Origin: Tubiluchus corallicola
Lineage: Eukaryota > Animalia > Priapulida
Assembly (NCBI GenBank): GCA_030141605.1
Contig: JAQGDQ010000476.1
Location: 62,001 to 126,000 of the forward strand
Direction of reading: 5' to 3'
Length of the DNA stretch: 64,000 nucleotides
Shown: piece by piece, positions 10,648-24,832 of the stretch
How positions within the stretch are numbered: the first letter of the stretch is position 1
Layout: every line of letters starts with the position of its first letter
The notes under the pieces: generated by a model
The model's database searches: none
What the model was told of the DNA's origin: nothing
The model's input: only the letters and a program-made list of their open reading frames with translations
Made by a program: the position numbers and the translations under genes

Positions 10648-11229
10648 CTGCAAATAATTTGAAGGCAGAAAATGGTGGGCAATATAGTGTCACAAAATTG
10701 TACGCACTTCACACACAAACTTGTATAAAGCTGCCTGATGAGTCCGTTTGGTTTTATAACTGAAGTTAAAAAATTAAGAGACTTAACAACTGAATTTATC
10801 AATGAAAATGATTATCCTTGCCAGAGTGCAGAAAGATCATCTGTAAAGTTTCAGAGAAGTCAACGCTGCGCCATACGATCGTAAGTACCCTGCACTGGTA
10901 GTACTTATACTATCATTACAATATAGTGTACACTTAAAACGTACTACTTATGATAACTTATATTCGTTATAGTGCTACTCTAGTGTTACAAACGAACACT
11001 ATCGAAAATTAATTGCTAGCAATATATTACCGTAACTTTTCTTCAGAGATACAACTTACATGCACAGAAAGTATCAATACAAGTACTTTTTTCTTGATAC
11101 GAAAAGTTTTAATAGTTACTACACGCCCAAATCACTAATCAAATCGAGAGTTCGAGATCACGCCTTTAGACTATTAACGCCTTTTGGGTATAGTCCCATC
11201 TGTCGGCAGAAGTAAGCGAGAAAGGAATG

Positions 11230-12810
11230 TTGTTAGAAGCTGTTTAAGGCATTAGCCCACATACCGCACGCAAGCGCTCTACGTGGGCTCGCCTATATAA
11301 TTAGATGAACCAGTGCTCAAATAGCGCGTGGTACTTTCTACGTAGGCTCGTTTGGAGCTTTGGCTGCCATGTGGAATATTGTACTTTGGGGTCTCCACAT
11401 ACTGCTTGCGGCATTTTGAAATTTGAAGCGACACAGCGCAAAGCAACCTCGCTACATGCCTCTTCTGAGTAGAAGGCAGATGCAATGGAACAATGGGAGA
11501 TTAAACTTTCTCAAACTCTTACGCCTAAAAAGGAGACCAAATTAAATATGATCTTTTGAAATCGTTGCATTTAACGAGTATTATACACATGACGTCACCC
11601 AGTATTAGACCATGTCAAGGACTGTCACAATACATGGACACCTACTACTGATTCATAGGAACCCGACGACCTGCTTCTGGGCTTTCCTGTGTCACATAGT
11701 CACGTCCTAGGCTTTGGAATGGATTGCCATTTAACTGTAACAAGCTAGCTTGGATCAGCCCTCTGTTCTGTCTTTTGAAAAAAATCAACTAGTCAAATTT
11801 TATAAAGCTAATAAACATATGTTTCATTGTACGTTTGAATTGTTTTCATGATGTTATAACTGACATTGTTTAGTCATGTAAATATAACCTATATTTTTTA
11901 TTTTGCAACTTTCAACACAGACAGTACACTACAACGTGCTCATAATAACTTCTATTTTCAACCCAATTGTAGTGTGTATATTTAATTCGATTTCCATTGT
12001 TCTTTAGTTTGTGGCTGAATCATCAGCGACCTTCTCGAACTTGTTTTCCTATCCCTTTTCTACTTTTTGCAATAAAAATGCCTTTATTAAGAATTTTCAT
12101 AAGCAAAGTGTCGTTTTTACCTCACATGGCAGATGTAGTAGTAGACAGAATAATGTTCAAGAGATTTTGGCCCAGAATATTTAAGCCCAGGCAATTTGGG
12201 CCTGGATATTTGGGCCCGGGATATTTGGGCCTCAGATATTTCGGCCACGATATTTGGTGTCCCAGGCAAGGAAGCAATTTAATATTATAGTTGCATAAGA
12301 AGATTCTGTTATAGCTATATTGTTTAGCTCTTCACTACTGCTTAGTCAATAATTTATGCTAGTGAATGTTGTGTTTGCGAATTAAGCTGTTGAGTTAATA
12401 CTTTCATTTTGTTTTTCATTTCGTTTAATTGGTCTAAAAATGCACTTTTGTAAGGTTGTTGTTTCTAAAACCTTAATATTAATTATTAATGACAATACCA
12501 TTTATACATAAAATTAATGACAATACCAGTAATTTGCACACGTTTTTTTCACTTAGAAGCAGTTATACTCGCAGTTGTTTTTAAATCAAGTGATTTCAGT
12601 TTGCAAGCAAGACTACTTTTAGGACAAAATATCCTAGCTACCTTATTTATAATTATCTAAATCTTTGATTAATTATGATTTTCACGTATAATGCAACTCA
12701 GCTAGCGAGGAGCACTTGGGCAGCAGGCTACAGCTCACATACCACATATTTACGCATGCGTACACTAAGTGCGGTATGTGGGCTAGTGGTCCAACTGGCG
12801 CCTAACAAAC
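11230..12810. promoter_or_regulatory. Probable divergent (head-to-head) promoter region between the small-protein locus and TMEM234
   Basis: Gene orientations diverge from here; TAGCCCACATACCGCAC at 11253-11269 and its exact reverse complement at 12769-12785; CpG-richer at both ends. Confidence 0.5.
12160..12266 (+). repeat. Degenerate 15-bp minisatellite
   Basis: About 7 units of GATATTTGGGCCC(G/A)G. Confidence 0.7.
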
Positions 12811-12862
12811 GTAACTATTTTTGTTACTGCAGTGTAAACTGTTCAAACTTTTGTTTGTGATA

Positions 12863-15800
12863 ATGTCATGGAGTACTAATATATCACCAGAAATAAATTT
12901 TGGTACGCTTAGCTGCATGTAGGATCTACACTGATGCTAGCCCAGAGCGGCTTAACAATTTATTAGATGATTTTCAGTTTGGTTTTATGAGTATATGTAA
13001 CTATGACTGTTTTTCAATAAAACTAAATATTATTTTAATTTAAAAAATATTACATCGTATTAGTGTATTTCTTTTGCCAAAATTTTGAATTTTTGTCTGT
13101 CTCTCCGGGCCATCGAACCGCTATTAGTCATTCGGCTTTTTCTTCTGATCTCTACAGAATGTTTGAAAACAAAAAAATTAATAATAAACTAATAAAACTA
13201 TACAGTTATCTGACAATAAATACTATATTACAATTATTATTACAATGTAAAAATGAGTAGTAGATTTTAAAAAGTGGTAAAATGGTCATTTTATTACACT
13301 GATATCTTGGTTTGCTGGACAAAAGCGAGGATATGTCGATCTAAATTTGCCGATTGTCCGTATTTTCTGATACTAAGCTAATACAGTAGGAGGCGTGTAT
13401 TAGACTCATGGTAATGTAGAATCAAGTGCCTAATTGTCTCAAAAACGTCTAGTACGGGACGCTCCTATGCAAAAGTATATAAAAACTGTCGGCAGTTAAC
13501 TCAAATAGCTATGCATAATTGATTCTATATTTTTATACATAGAGATATACACGTGTTTACACTGATGTAATGATATAAAGAAAGTGATGGCCTGCCAACT
13601 AGAAGTCAGCTCGCGAAACAACAGACTGTGTCTGTAGTATGTGGAACTTTTAACGAATCAAATTTTCTGATATCCGTAAAAGTGAGGTCTGGCAAACCGA
13701 GATATGAGTGTGATGTTTTGTTGTGAAGTGATCTCCTGAAAAATGAGATTTTTGCTACAGTCAAGGATAAGAGGTCAATAAAGTGAATTATTAATATTGA
13801 AGGAGGTTCATAATTTCTTCAAAGCTTTTCAGATGGGAGGGATTGTTCCCATAACACTTATCGCATTACCTCTTTGTAAGGCGACAGATAAACACTGGAA
13901 TAAACAGCTTGTAGACTCAATCTCCCCTGTAGCACACTGAATTCGTTTGCTTAAGTACTAAGAAATTTTTTTCCTTCTGTGCCCAGGGGCGTATTAAACA
14001 ACAGACCAAAATTTGGTCGCCAAAGTTTGAGGCGTCACATTTTAGAAAAAATTCTTGTTCTCCTCGTAAAATGTGTATACCTTCATATTCCTGTAAAGGG
14101 CACATTTTATTACACACCACAGGCAGTTACTGAGAGCAACTCATTTTATTACACACCACAGGCAGTTACTGAGAGCAACTTTTATATAAGTGCCACATAA
14201 CGAACAGGTGCAAGGTATCACACAAAGAGCATTTGTGCAGCCTGCTTGAATATAAGTGCTATTTAATTCACATAATTAATAATGATCGTGTAGAAACTAG
14301 GTTAATAGTGTTTCTAATGCACCGCAAGTAATTGTTTGATCTGCTAGTTACATAAGTAACCACAAATTCACAATAGAGATGGGCAGGAGAGAACTCTCAG
14401 CCTGGAATGTCATAAAGTCTTGATGCCCTGTTTGTGTCAAGAGTGCCAAAAGTTTCAATGGCATTTGGTACAAAATTGAAATTTGGCAAAAGACTGTTAT
14501 ATTTTGCATATTTTCTGTTTTCGGCTAATTGAGCTGCATAACCAGCGTAACTAGCTCAGCCTGCCAAATTTGAGGGTGCCAATGTATCAACACAAGTAAA
14601 ATCCATAGGATTTCGTAAAATAAAATTTCGGCTTGTTATAATGACGTAGTAACCTGTGTGTGTCAGGATTGTTTGGTATTCTTGTTGTAAATGTGAATCT
14701 AAAACAGCACTGATAGCACTACCTATGGAATTCCAAGAGGGTAAAATGCTCTGTTTATGTTTTGTCTTGTTCATTTCTGTTTTGTTTGCTTGATTTCAGA
14801 TTTGATTCCTTTATTTGCTGTTTGTGTTGTTTAGTTCTGTTTTAATTTGTTCTCTTCTGTTTTGTCGATTTTTACCTTCTTGGAATTCCATACACCACCC
14901 TCACAGCACAGTTTGTTTAAGTCATGGTAGCCCAATATTAACTAATTGTTTTATTTCTTGTTAGGTGGAATTGTGTGGCCGATTCTAATTGCAATCGTCT
15001 GGGGAGTCACAAACCCCTTGATGAAGCGTTATTCAGCAGGGCTGGAAAAAGTCCACCAGAATGGCCTGATCAGACAATATGCAGCGGAGCTAAAGTTTTT
15101 GCTGCTTCAATGGAAGGTAAATATAGAATTCATTACTATTTGCAAGTTTAAAAAATTTTCTTTGTCTCAGGGTGTCATGTTAGACAGATGATTTTTAGTG
15201 TTATAGAGTAAGATAGTACTATAGAATGGTGGTGTATTATGGCTACAGTTTCAAAATTGGAGAATGAATGAAGGTTTTCATAGTATCTAATGTAATTTGG
15301 CAAAGCTATATTGATTTTGTGAAATTTGTACTGGGAATTTGTGTTGCTTAAGTCGATTTGCATTTTCGTAGTACAAGTAAAAAAATTATAGTTATGAAAT
15401 AGAAAATTGTCTAAATAAAGTAAAATACAGTGTAAAGATTCAAGGCATGGGTGCTCGTTTTAACATTTATTATGAAGAATGTACACCATCTATGTAGGTA
15501 GACATTTTTTCTAAAAGTCGGATAAGTTAAATTATTTAGTAGATATCTTGTAAATGCTGCTGCTACAAAATTTACTTTTAAACTGTGTTGTCTGATATAA
15601 TACCTTACATACCAAAAGATATAACCCACATAGCATCAGTTATGAAACTGCATCATTTACCTGTATTTTTTTATTTTCTAGACTTTATTAATTTTATCAA
15701 TAAGGTAAAATAAAAGCCCAATGTCTTAATGAAATATTGTAGCTTCCCTGAATTACATAAATTACAGGCAACAATTTTCTCCTTCCTGAACAAAGAAACA

Positions 15801-16948
15801 TCAGAGGAAATAGCTCTACAAATCCATAGTTTTCAGCTAAGACACAGAAAGCTGAGAGGGGCTTAAAATAACTAATGGATTTTTATGTATTTTTCAGTTA
15901 CTTATACTCGTTGTTTCTATTACTACAACAATCACATCATAATTTCTACGAGTGTCAGTGTGATCTACCAGGCATGTTTGGCCAGTGCCTTTTGAGTGTA
16001 GGATATCATAGAGAAAGCAATTGAACGAAATAATTTTATTGTTACAATTTTTTAAACATATCCAAATTTTTGTTCTAAATTTTAGATGTTTTATTATGCA
16101 CATTTTCTTACAAATTCAGCAATTTTTAAGGTGTGATCAGCTCCGATCACAACCGAACACCTGTGTTCATTCACCAAACACTAATCGCTGATTGGTTCAA
16201 CCCGTCAATAATGTATATTGGTTTTTTCTTTTTTTAGCAAGACGTATTACTGCTATTCTTTAACCTATAATTTTCAGTATGTGGTTTCATTTTTAACAAA
16301 TATTAGTGGATCATTGCTATATTACATCACAATGGCTTCGTCTGAGATATCTCTAGTGGCACCAGTCACGAATTCACTAACATTTGTTGTGACAACTGTG
16401 GTTGGATACTTCCTTGGAGAACAAACAGGAGGAAAGCGTAAGTGGCACCATATCACATTTCTTATTTAATGTAGTGAGGTTTATTATATTTTATTATATT
16501 TATTTTAATTTTGTAATTTGTTTTACATTTTTTGCAAGATTTATTACATCTTAGTGATTATCTTTGGAGTTTTCACACTAAAAATAACTAAATTAAGTAC
16601 ACTTACAATGAGTCTTTGACATGTCCTTTTATTTAAAATACCCAGAATGGTGCAGACTGTTTTTGTGGTGTTTGCTTTTTCTAAATTACATCTTCAGATG
16701 ATGGCAAGATACTCAAAATAATAATGCAGGTCAATCAGTAAGTGTCTTGATTATTTGAATGAATATCATCATTGTATATAGTTATCATGTGTTGTAAAGT
16801 GCCACCTGTAGATGGCAGCACCATGCTGTTTTCGAAATGTAAGTGCTGTTTCTTTAAACCTGTTTTGATTTTTTGTACTTTAGGCTCCGTTTTGGGAATA
16901 GCTTTTGTAATATTAGGAATATTTTGTTGCATCATTGGTAAAGCATGA
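12863..16948 (+). CDS. TMEM234: Transmembrane protein 234 (EamA/DMT-like small membrane protein), 4 coding exons
   Basis: Exons 12863-12902, 14965-15116, 16278-16437, 16884-16948, all GT-AG with compatible phases (1,0,1). Joined: MSWSTNISPEINFGGIVWPILIAIVWGVTNPLMKRYSAG...WKYVVSFLTNISGSLLYYITMASSEISLVAPVTNSLTF...LGEQTGGKRSVLGIAFVILGIFCCIIGKA. Matches TMEM234 motifs WG.TNP..KR, GSLLYY, P..NSL, LGE..GGKR. Exon 1 is the least certain. Confidence 0.92.
14103..14180 (+). repeat. Perfect 39-bp tandem duplication
   Basis: CATTTTATTACACACCACAGGCAGTTACTGAGAGCAACT x2. Confidence 0.9.
14726..14890. mobile_element. MITE with 21-bp TIRs and TA target duplication (Tc1/mariner-type) in TMEM234 intron 1
   Basis: TGGAATTCCAAGAGGGTAAAA (14726-14746) inverted at 14870-14890 with one mismatch; TA on both flanks; T-rich repetitive interior. 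Confidence 0.75.
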
Positions 16949-19900
16949 CTCGAAAAATGGAGCAACATTGCCCGACTATAAACTGTTGAAAGCATGGAAT
17001 CTCTCAGGAAGCCCAAGGACTTTCTAATTCCTTTGGTTGCAAACTTGCAGTCTGCCAGTTATTCGAAAGAACTGACAATCTGTCTAGTTAGTGGAAAGTG
17101 TTGAGGATGATAACAAAGTGGGAAGATGCTAAGCACTTCATTACAACTTGTGATTGATGAGGCACCACTGTAGTAGGACATTATCTTAATGTACAGAAAT
17201 TAAATAGTTTCATTGTGCAATATGTAGAGGCTGAAGCTGAGTCAGTTGTTACTACATCACCTGACTCGCACAGTAAATCACCTAGCTTGGCTGAAGTTGA
17301 CCGACCTTTCAGCTGAGTTGGCTTAAACAAAAAATCAGCTAAGTCAGCTAAAGCTGTGAATTTTTGTTAACTAAATAAATGATAAATTGTTAGTTAACTG
17401 TTAAATTATGGAGACTAATTTTTTAAATAATTCGTGTTGCTTATCCACAGAAAAAAAACTGATATACAAATTGAAATAATACATTCGAGATCAATTTTTT
17501 AATATTATAAAAAAGCAATGAATTTATTGCAAATATAATTTAAATCCATTTCTTGGCGAGGCTTATCTTGATTACCGACCAATCAATACCAAAACACCAA
17601 AATGATACCATAGGTATGACAAACATTGCCTATTTAATTTTGAATTAACCAGCTTTCTCGTTCAAAAATTTCTAATCTTGCGATGCATTCACCATATTTC
17701 ATCCAGTGATTTCATCATCATCATAAGCCCGTTACTTCAACTGTAGATATTGGCAGGCAGAATTCTAAAATAAAAGAAATCTGCCATCAAGACAGGTAAG
17801 CACAGCAGTAATCCAGCAAAAAAGCTAGACACTGCTGTGCCAGTGGATTGTTCGCAAGAGCGGAAATCTTTGCAGCCGGCAGTAACGTTGGCTAGCTCGA
17901 CTCCTATCACTGAGTGACTGGCGCGACTAAAGCTGTATTTCTTATCAATTGTAGAAATAAATTGGCTGGAACTCAACCAAAATGGCGCGGCTCTGGCCTC
18001 TTAGCAATATGCAATATTTCAGGCAGTGTGTTACGTCATTGAATTTTTCCTAATGTAAGGAGAATGTATACTGTTACTAACATACTACTTTACAACACTA
18101 CGTAAGTGACACATTTAAAGTTCGACATTTTAGAGTTGTATTATATTTGAAAAAATCAAAATGCCTAGTGAAATTTGGAAAAGGCTTGCACTAACATTTA
18201 TGAAAGGCAGAAGAGAAGAAAGAGACAAACATGAAATTACTAAAAGATGAATTACTAGAGTAGGCAGAAATGTTTATTGAAGTTATTGAAGTAAACTTTA
18301 TTGAAGAGCTTTTGTGCTGTTAACTCACTATCTTGATAATTTGTTGCAACATGCAGGTGAACAATAGAGAAGAAGCAAAGGGTTGAACCTGTATTGGGGA
18401 GAAAAAATCTTGCGTGGCTTGCCTTTTCAGTAGAATTAAATCTACTACTACTCAGCATACAATCCTGTGAATTAGTTATTTAAATCACACAGAGTTCACT
18501 AGATTCACAGAGCCAGTGGGGAACTGTTCACATCCAGTGTACTGGCACACTTTGATAATTATAAACAGATTGTGTAGTCAAAGGTGACTTGTGTGCCCAG
18601 GTTTCTATGGCTTTTCATTTGAGTGAGATATCTAATCTTGTTGCATTGTAATTGCCAGCCTTAGTTTTTTTAAGTAAAATTTTAGCAAGTTGAGGTTACT
18701 TAATATGGGACTGAGAGTAGATGGCTTGGTATGTCGTACACAACTACACTGTCGTATTGCAGCTCTTGAAAGTTGACATCGTAATAGTAATTTTACTACT
18801 TGAGACGATTACATTAAAAATTCATTTCTGTGTTAAATGCATCATGCAGCATGCAGACAGTTTATAGTTTCAGCTTTCCTGTGATTTCCGCTTTCGTTGA
18901 TTTGAACAAGTTTCACTTTTACCATTAAAGGAGAAATTTATAGCATCTGCAATGTAAAGTAGTGCATGACTTTATTAGTTTTTTCTCCTAATGTATTCAC
19001 GAGTCTGTATTTTGCATCTAATATTGTATTGTTTCTTGTTATTATTTCAGCATTACGAAAATGCCTTATATGTATTTTGTAAAATTTTTGATAATGAATT
19101 ATGATTTGCTGTGGTAAAGTAAATGGTGATAAATTCGTTTGTGAAGCAGTTATTGTCTGTTTATCTATAGGGAAATAATTTGGCAACTCGATATGACTTT
19201 GTCTATGTGATTTTTTTATTTCACTGAATTACTGTTGAAGGAGAAATTTCATTGCTTTAGTTTCTAACTGTAGAATTTTTCCATTAACTTTTATTACTTA
19301 TCTAAAATACTTCAATATTAACCAGAAAAGATGCAATTAATTTGTTTTAACACATTGAATTTAAAGAAATGTTAAGAACGATCATCTTGTGCACTTAGTG
19401 ACAAGGTTAAACAACACCAAGCCTGTTTAGTGAATTGTTTGGTGGCCACCGCGAAAACTGTTTTTTGGCAGTTTTATCTGTCATACGACCCCCAGCTATT
19501 TGCTTCGCAAACGAGTATTTTCGTTTTCTTGGCAAAAAAACAATTCAGTGATATCTTAGGAAGTACGCTAGCTCACCCCAGGTACCCCTACTTTTGTAAT
19601 CATCTGCTGTGATTGACAGTTTCATTGCATGACGATTAACCTATCTCATACTGCAGCTGGGTTTGTCAGTTCAGTTGGCAGGTTTGGCACGCCCACACGC
19701 CGACGTCATCATTACGCGCCGAGAGCGCAGACACGAGATATTCTTTGATGAAACTCCGAAATCTTCCTGTGTTTATATGTACCCACATCTAGCTATTCTG
19801 GAAATCAAAAAAGAAGCCTGCGACGAAAACTATAATCCGTGTGAGTTTCTGATTATGGACTATCGACAGCGCACACAATCATTAGTATTCCTTGTGTTAT

Positions 19901-22031
19901 GAAAGCGACAGGTCTAGGAAAGTTTTGAGGCTTTTCGACAACCACTGGTAGGCGGAGCTGCAAGCGCATTATCGCATTAGGACTACTATATACTAATAAA
20001 GGTTTGGTTTCCAATTCATTACAATTATTTATATCCATGCACGTATTAGGAGCTAGCATAAATATAAGTTTACGAGTGTGTAATTTTTAAGTTCATAAAC
20101 CAGAGATATAGAAAATTTGTTATTGAGTCTTGGTTTGAACCAGAAGCTTCAGGGCACAATCCTATGAGCTCTAGAGCGCCAAGCCAGCTAGTACAGTTAT
20201 TTTAGGCTTGCTTTACTTAACTTTTGCAGGTACAACACTTATCTAAACACTTCAGTATAACCACATTTATTATCAATAGTTCAAATAATCGTCTGTGGAT
20301 AATTGAATTAGGCCCTCTCCTGTTTTGCGATTTTGATGTTCGTGATTATAATGCTTAAACATTGTATAAACCACACTAAATTTTGAAAAGAAAAAATGTG
20401 ATATTAGATATGTCATTAGAACATCATACCTAACTGATAACTCCTGTGTAGGCCTATGAGTATTTTAACTATCGATTGTAAAACAAAGTGCGGAGGGGTA
20501 ACGGTACATTCTGTTGTGGCTTCACGGAAGTGTGACGCAAGTATGCCCACGCACTGGCCTGTTGAAATTAGTTATAGTATCTGTTTCACTAGCTCTTACC
20601 AAAGAGAATGCCTTTCATGCCTACCGATTGATCTCCTTCAACTTGTTGATCGTTATCTGTTCATGCACTCAACGGCTGGGCTTTTTAATGAAGATGGTTG
20701 TGGCGAAACCGGAATCTAGCTGATTATCACGAATAATGTAGTACGAGACTGGTAGATTTTTCTATAAGCCACAGGGAAAAACAGGGGGCTGAAGCAGTTT
20801 TCTCAGCGGCCACCTATCAATTTGTTGACCAGATTTGGTGTTTAACTTCGATCATCACTCCTCAAGGAATATACCATAACGTGTTTTTAATACTTTATTG
20901 AAATGTGTCACTTGGCTTATCATCGCTTGTCATCTAACTAATAAAAGTCTGAGTAATCTGTAACCAACGAGTGCAACTTGGGGTAGTTGCGACAGTATCG
21001 TAAACTCGGTTGCAAGGCAGCTGCATAAAATGCACAACGTATGCGTGTTCGTAAGTTATGTTCATCCTAGCATGTTTACTAAGGACCCATCTGTCTACCA
21101 GGCTGCAGGTATAGTGTAATATTGTAAGTTTAACTACAACCATAGGCTGTTTTTTGCAAGCCAGTACCTACTAATATCAGAAAACTAGTGACCATAAAGA
21201 TCAAATAAAAATGGAAGTGCACTATATTATGCATACCTTTGGGTAGTAAATAAAATTTACGTTTCGTTGTGAAGCGATCTCTACTGCAGTAACACAATGT
21301 ATAGTTGCTACTTCACTGCTGTCCTTTTGGGGTAATTTAACTTACAATAATTATGTTCTAGTCGCTCTGTTAACTTTGATAAATGTCCACTATGATAGGG
21401 TTGCCAGATTATGCTTCATAGTTGAAATTGGGTAAGACCATAAAACTATAACTGTGAACGGCGGCTTTATCTGTATAACAGATGCGTGTCATTTTGTCTG
21501 CATGAGAGACAATCAGGCTCCATGCTTTCTCAGTGATGCGCTACTGTTCTCTTGCGCCTACTTGAAGCGTTTTTATTAAATAGCCAATTAACGTTGGCGT
21601 GTAGGGAGATTCCTTGTAGATTGCCTTACGTTCCTTAATTAACGCCTCATATCCGTGGAATGAAGATTCTTCTAGGTTTGTACGTATATACATACGTAAG
21701 TGATCAGTTATCAATCTTCTGTCTGTGTGCCTTAGCAGTGGCGGCGAGATTTTGCTACCTTATGGCATCAACGATGTCATCATTTAATGAATATATATGA
21801 TAGGCATAGACAGCAATTATTTCAGTATAAGTTAAATAACGTGTGCACGTGCCTTCACGAGTAAGCGCTGCTAAGGATATCGTTGATATTCCCGTACATT
21901 GCGTGGTAAAGTGCTGCAGAAAAACGTAATTGACTGAATCATGTGAGGTCACAATTCTGTTTGGGAGTGCCTCTTCTTTCTCCATTCTTCTTAAAATAAA
22001 TTAGTTTCTTAAAATAAGTAAAAATTATATA

Positions 22032-23657
<1,626 letters not shown>

Positions 23658-24705
23658 GCATACCATTCATTGTAGAATCCCAAATCTCATACTTTCTTGC
23701 TAATTGTCAATTATGAGAGCGCTAGCCTGATAGCGTGAGTTATGTTATTATTGCGTGAAAATTGTGCAATCGTTTTGCTAATCGCAAGCTATTACTGTGA
23801 AGATTGCCCAAGAGGAACGCGAAGCTCGCATTTTATTTTGTATCTTAGTAAACAACATATAGATTCCAATGTTTATGATGTTTATTATGGTTTAGACCAA
23901 ATAAAGATGGGTACTATTTGCAATATATTATGCAAGCACATGAAGATCAAGATGTCTGCTAATGCTCGAGTTCTTGGCCCTAGCTTAGAATTTTGGTTTA
24001 ACTAGAAAGTAAGTTCTGGTTTTGTGTCACAAATGGAAAGACATATGTAAAAAAGAAATTTCAAATTTATGTTGTTATTATAATATGGGTGTTCTGCTGT
24101 ACTGAAATGAAATAAAAGCCAGATTAGCTATTTGAACGTGGGTGTAAAAGCAATGTAAAAGGAAAGATTGTTTTAAAAGGAGTTAAAACGAAACAGTGTA
24201 AACGGCTTATAATAACCAATCCCTCCCGTGTTCAAGCGACTTTGTTGAATCTGAACTAAGTTAATAAAGAAATTATAACGTATAAAATGTTTAGTTACAC
24301 GGGGCTAACATACAAATATTATCTAGGTAGATAAAAGTGAATGTCCTAGTTCATTTCGTATTTTTCTTGGGAAAACATTAATGTGGTCATATTTTTCAAA
24401 GATCTTATCAGAATTTCAAGGTGTGGCAGCACGTCTGTTTTCATTGGCATTATTTTCAGTAATTGGAAAAGTACTTGTACTAAAATAATACGAAAACGAT
24501 AAAATTACGTGCTTTTAACAAACTGGCTTCTTATAAGAAATGCGATGTACCATGACGAAGAATAAAAACACAAGTGTAAACTTTGAAACCCGCCATCGAG
24601 ACATTACGACGTCCTAAGCTGGTAGTTGAGGCCCATCCATCTCAGGTTGTTTATAATTTGAAGTGCAGTGCACAATTACTTGTGGTGTATTAGTATTATT
24701 ACCTA

Positions 24706-24832
24706 ATGCTGGACCCGATTCGAAAAATGAACCCCCAATGGCACGACACTAGATCGAGACCTTTCGTTTCATATATGGATCGCCGCAAATGGTGCCGTTG
24801 TTCGAGCTGTAGCCTCGAATCTTATATATAAA
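24706..24832 (+). repeat. Interspersed repeat, copy A (inverted homolog at 49600-49722)
   Basis: About 125 bp including AATGGCACGACACTAGATCGAGACCTTTCGTTT and GCTGTAGCCTCGAATCTTATATATAA, shared in reverse orientation with a GPB5 intron. Confidence 0.8.

Noticed and set aside
12160-12266. CRISPR-like array (also 27345-27450 and 46838-46930)
   Set aside because: Contiguous degenerate units without unique spacers, eukaryotic context, no cas genes.
17747-17860. Spliced-leader RNA gene (donor followed by a hairpin)
   Set aside because: No Sm-binding site after the hairpin and no matching copy elsewhere in the window.
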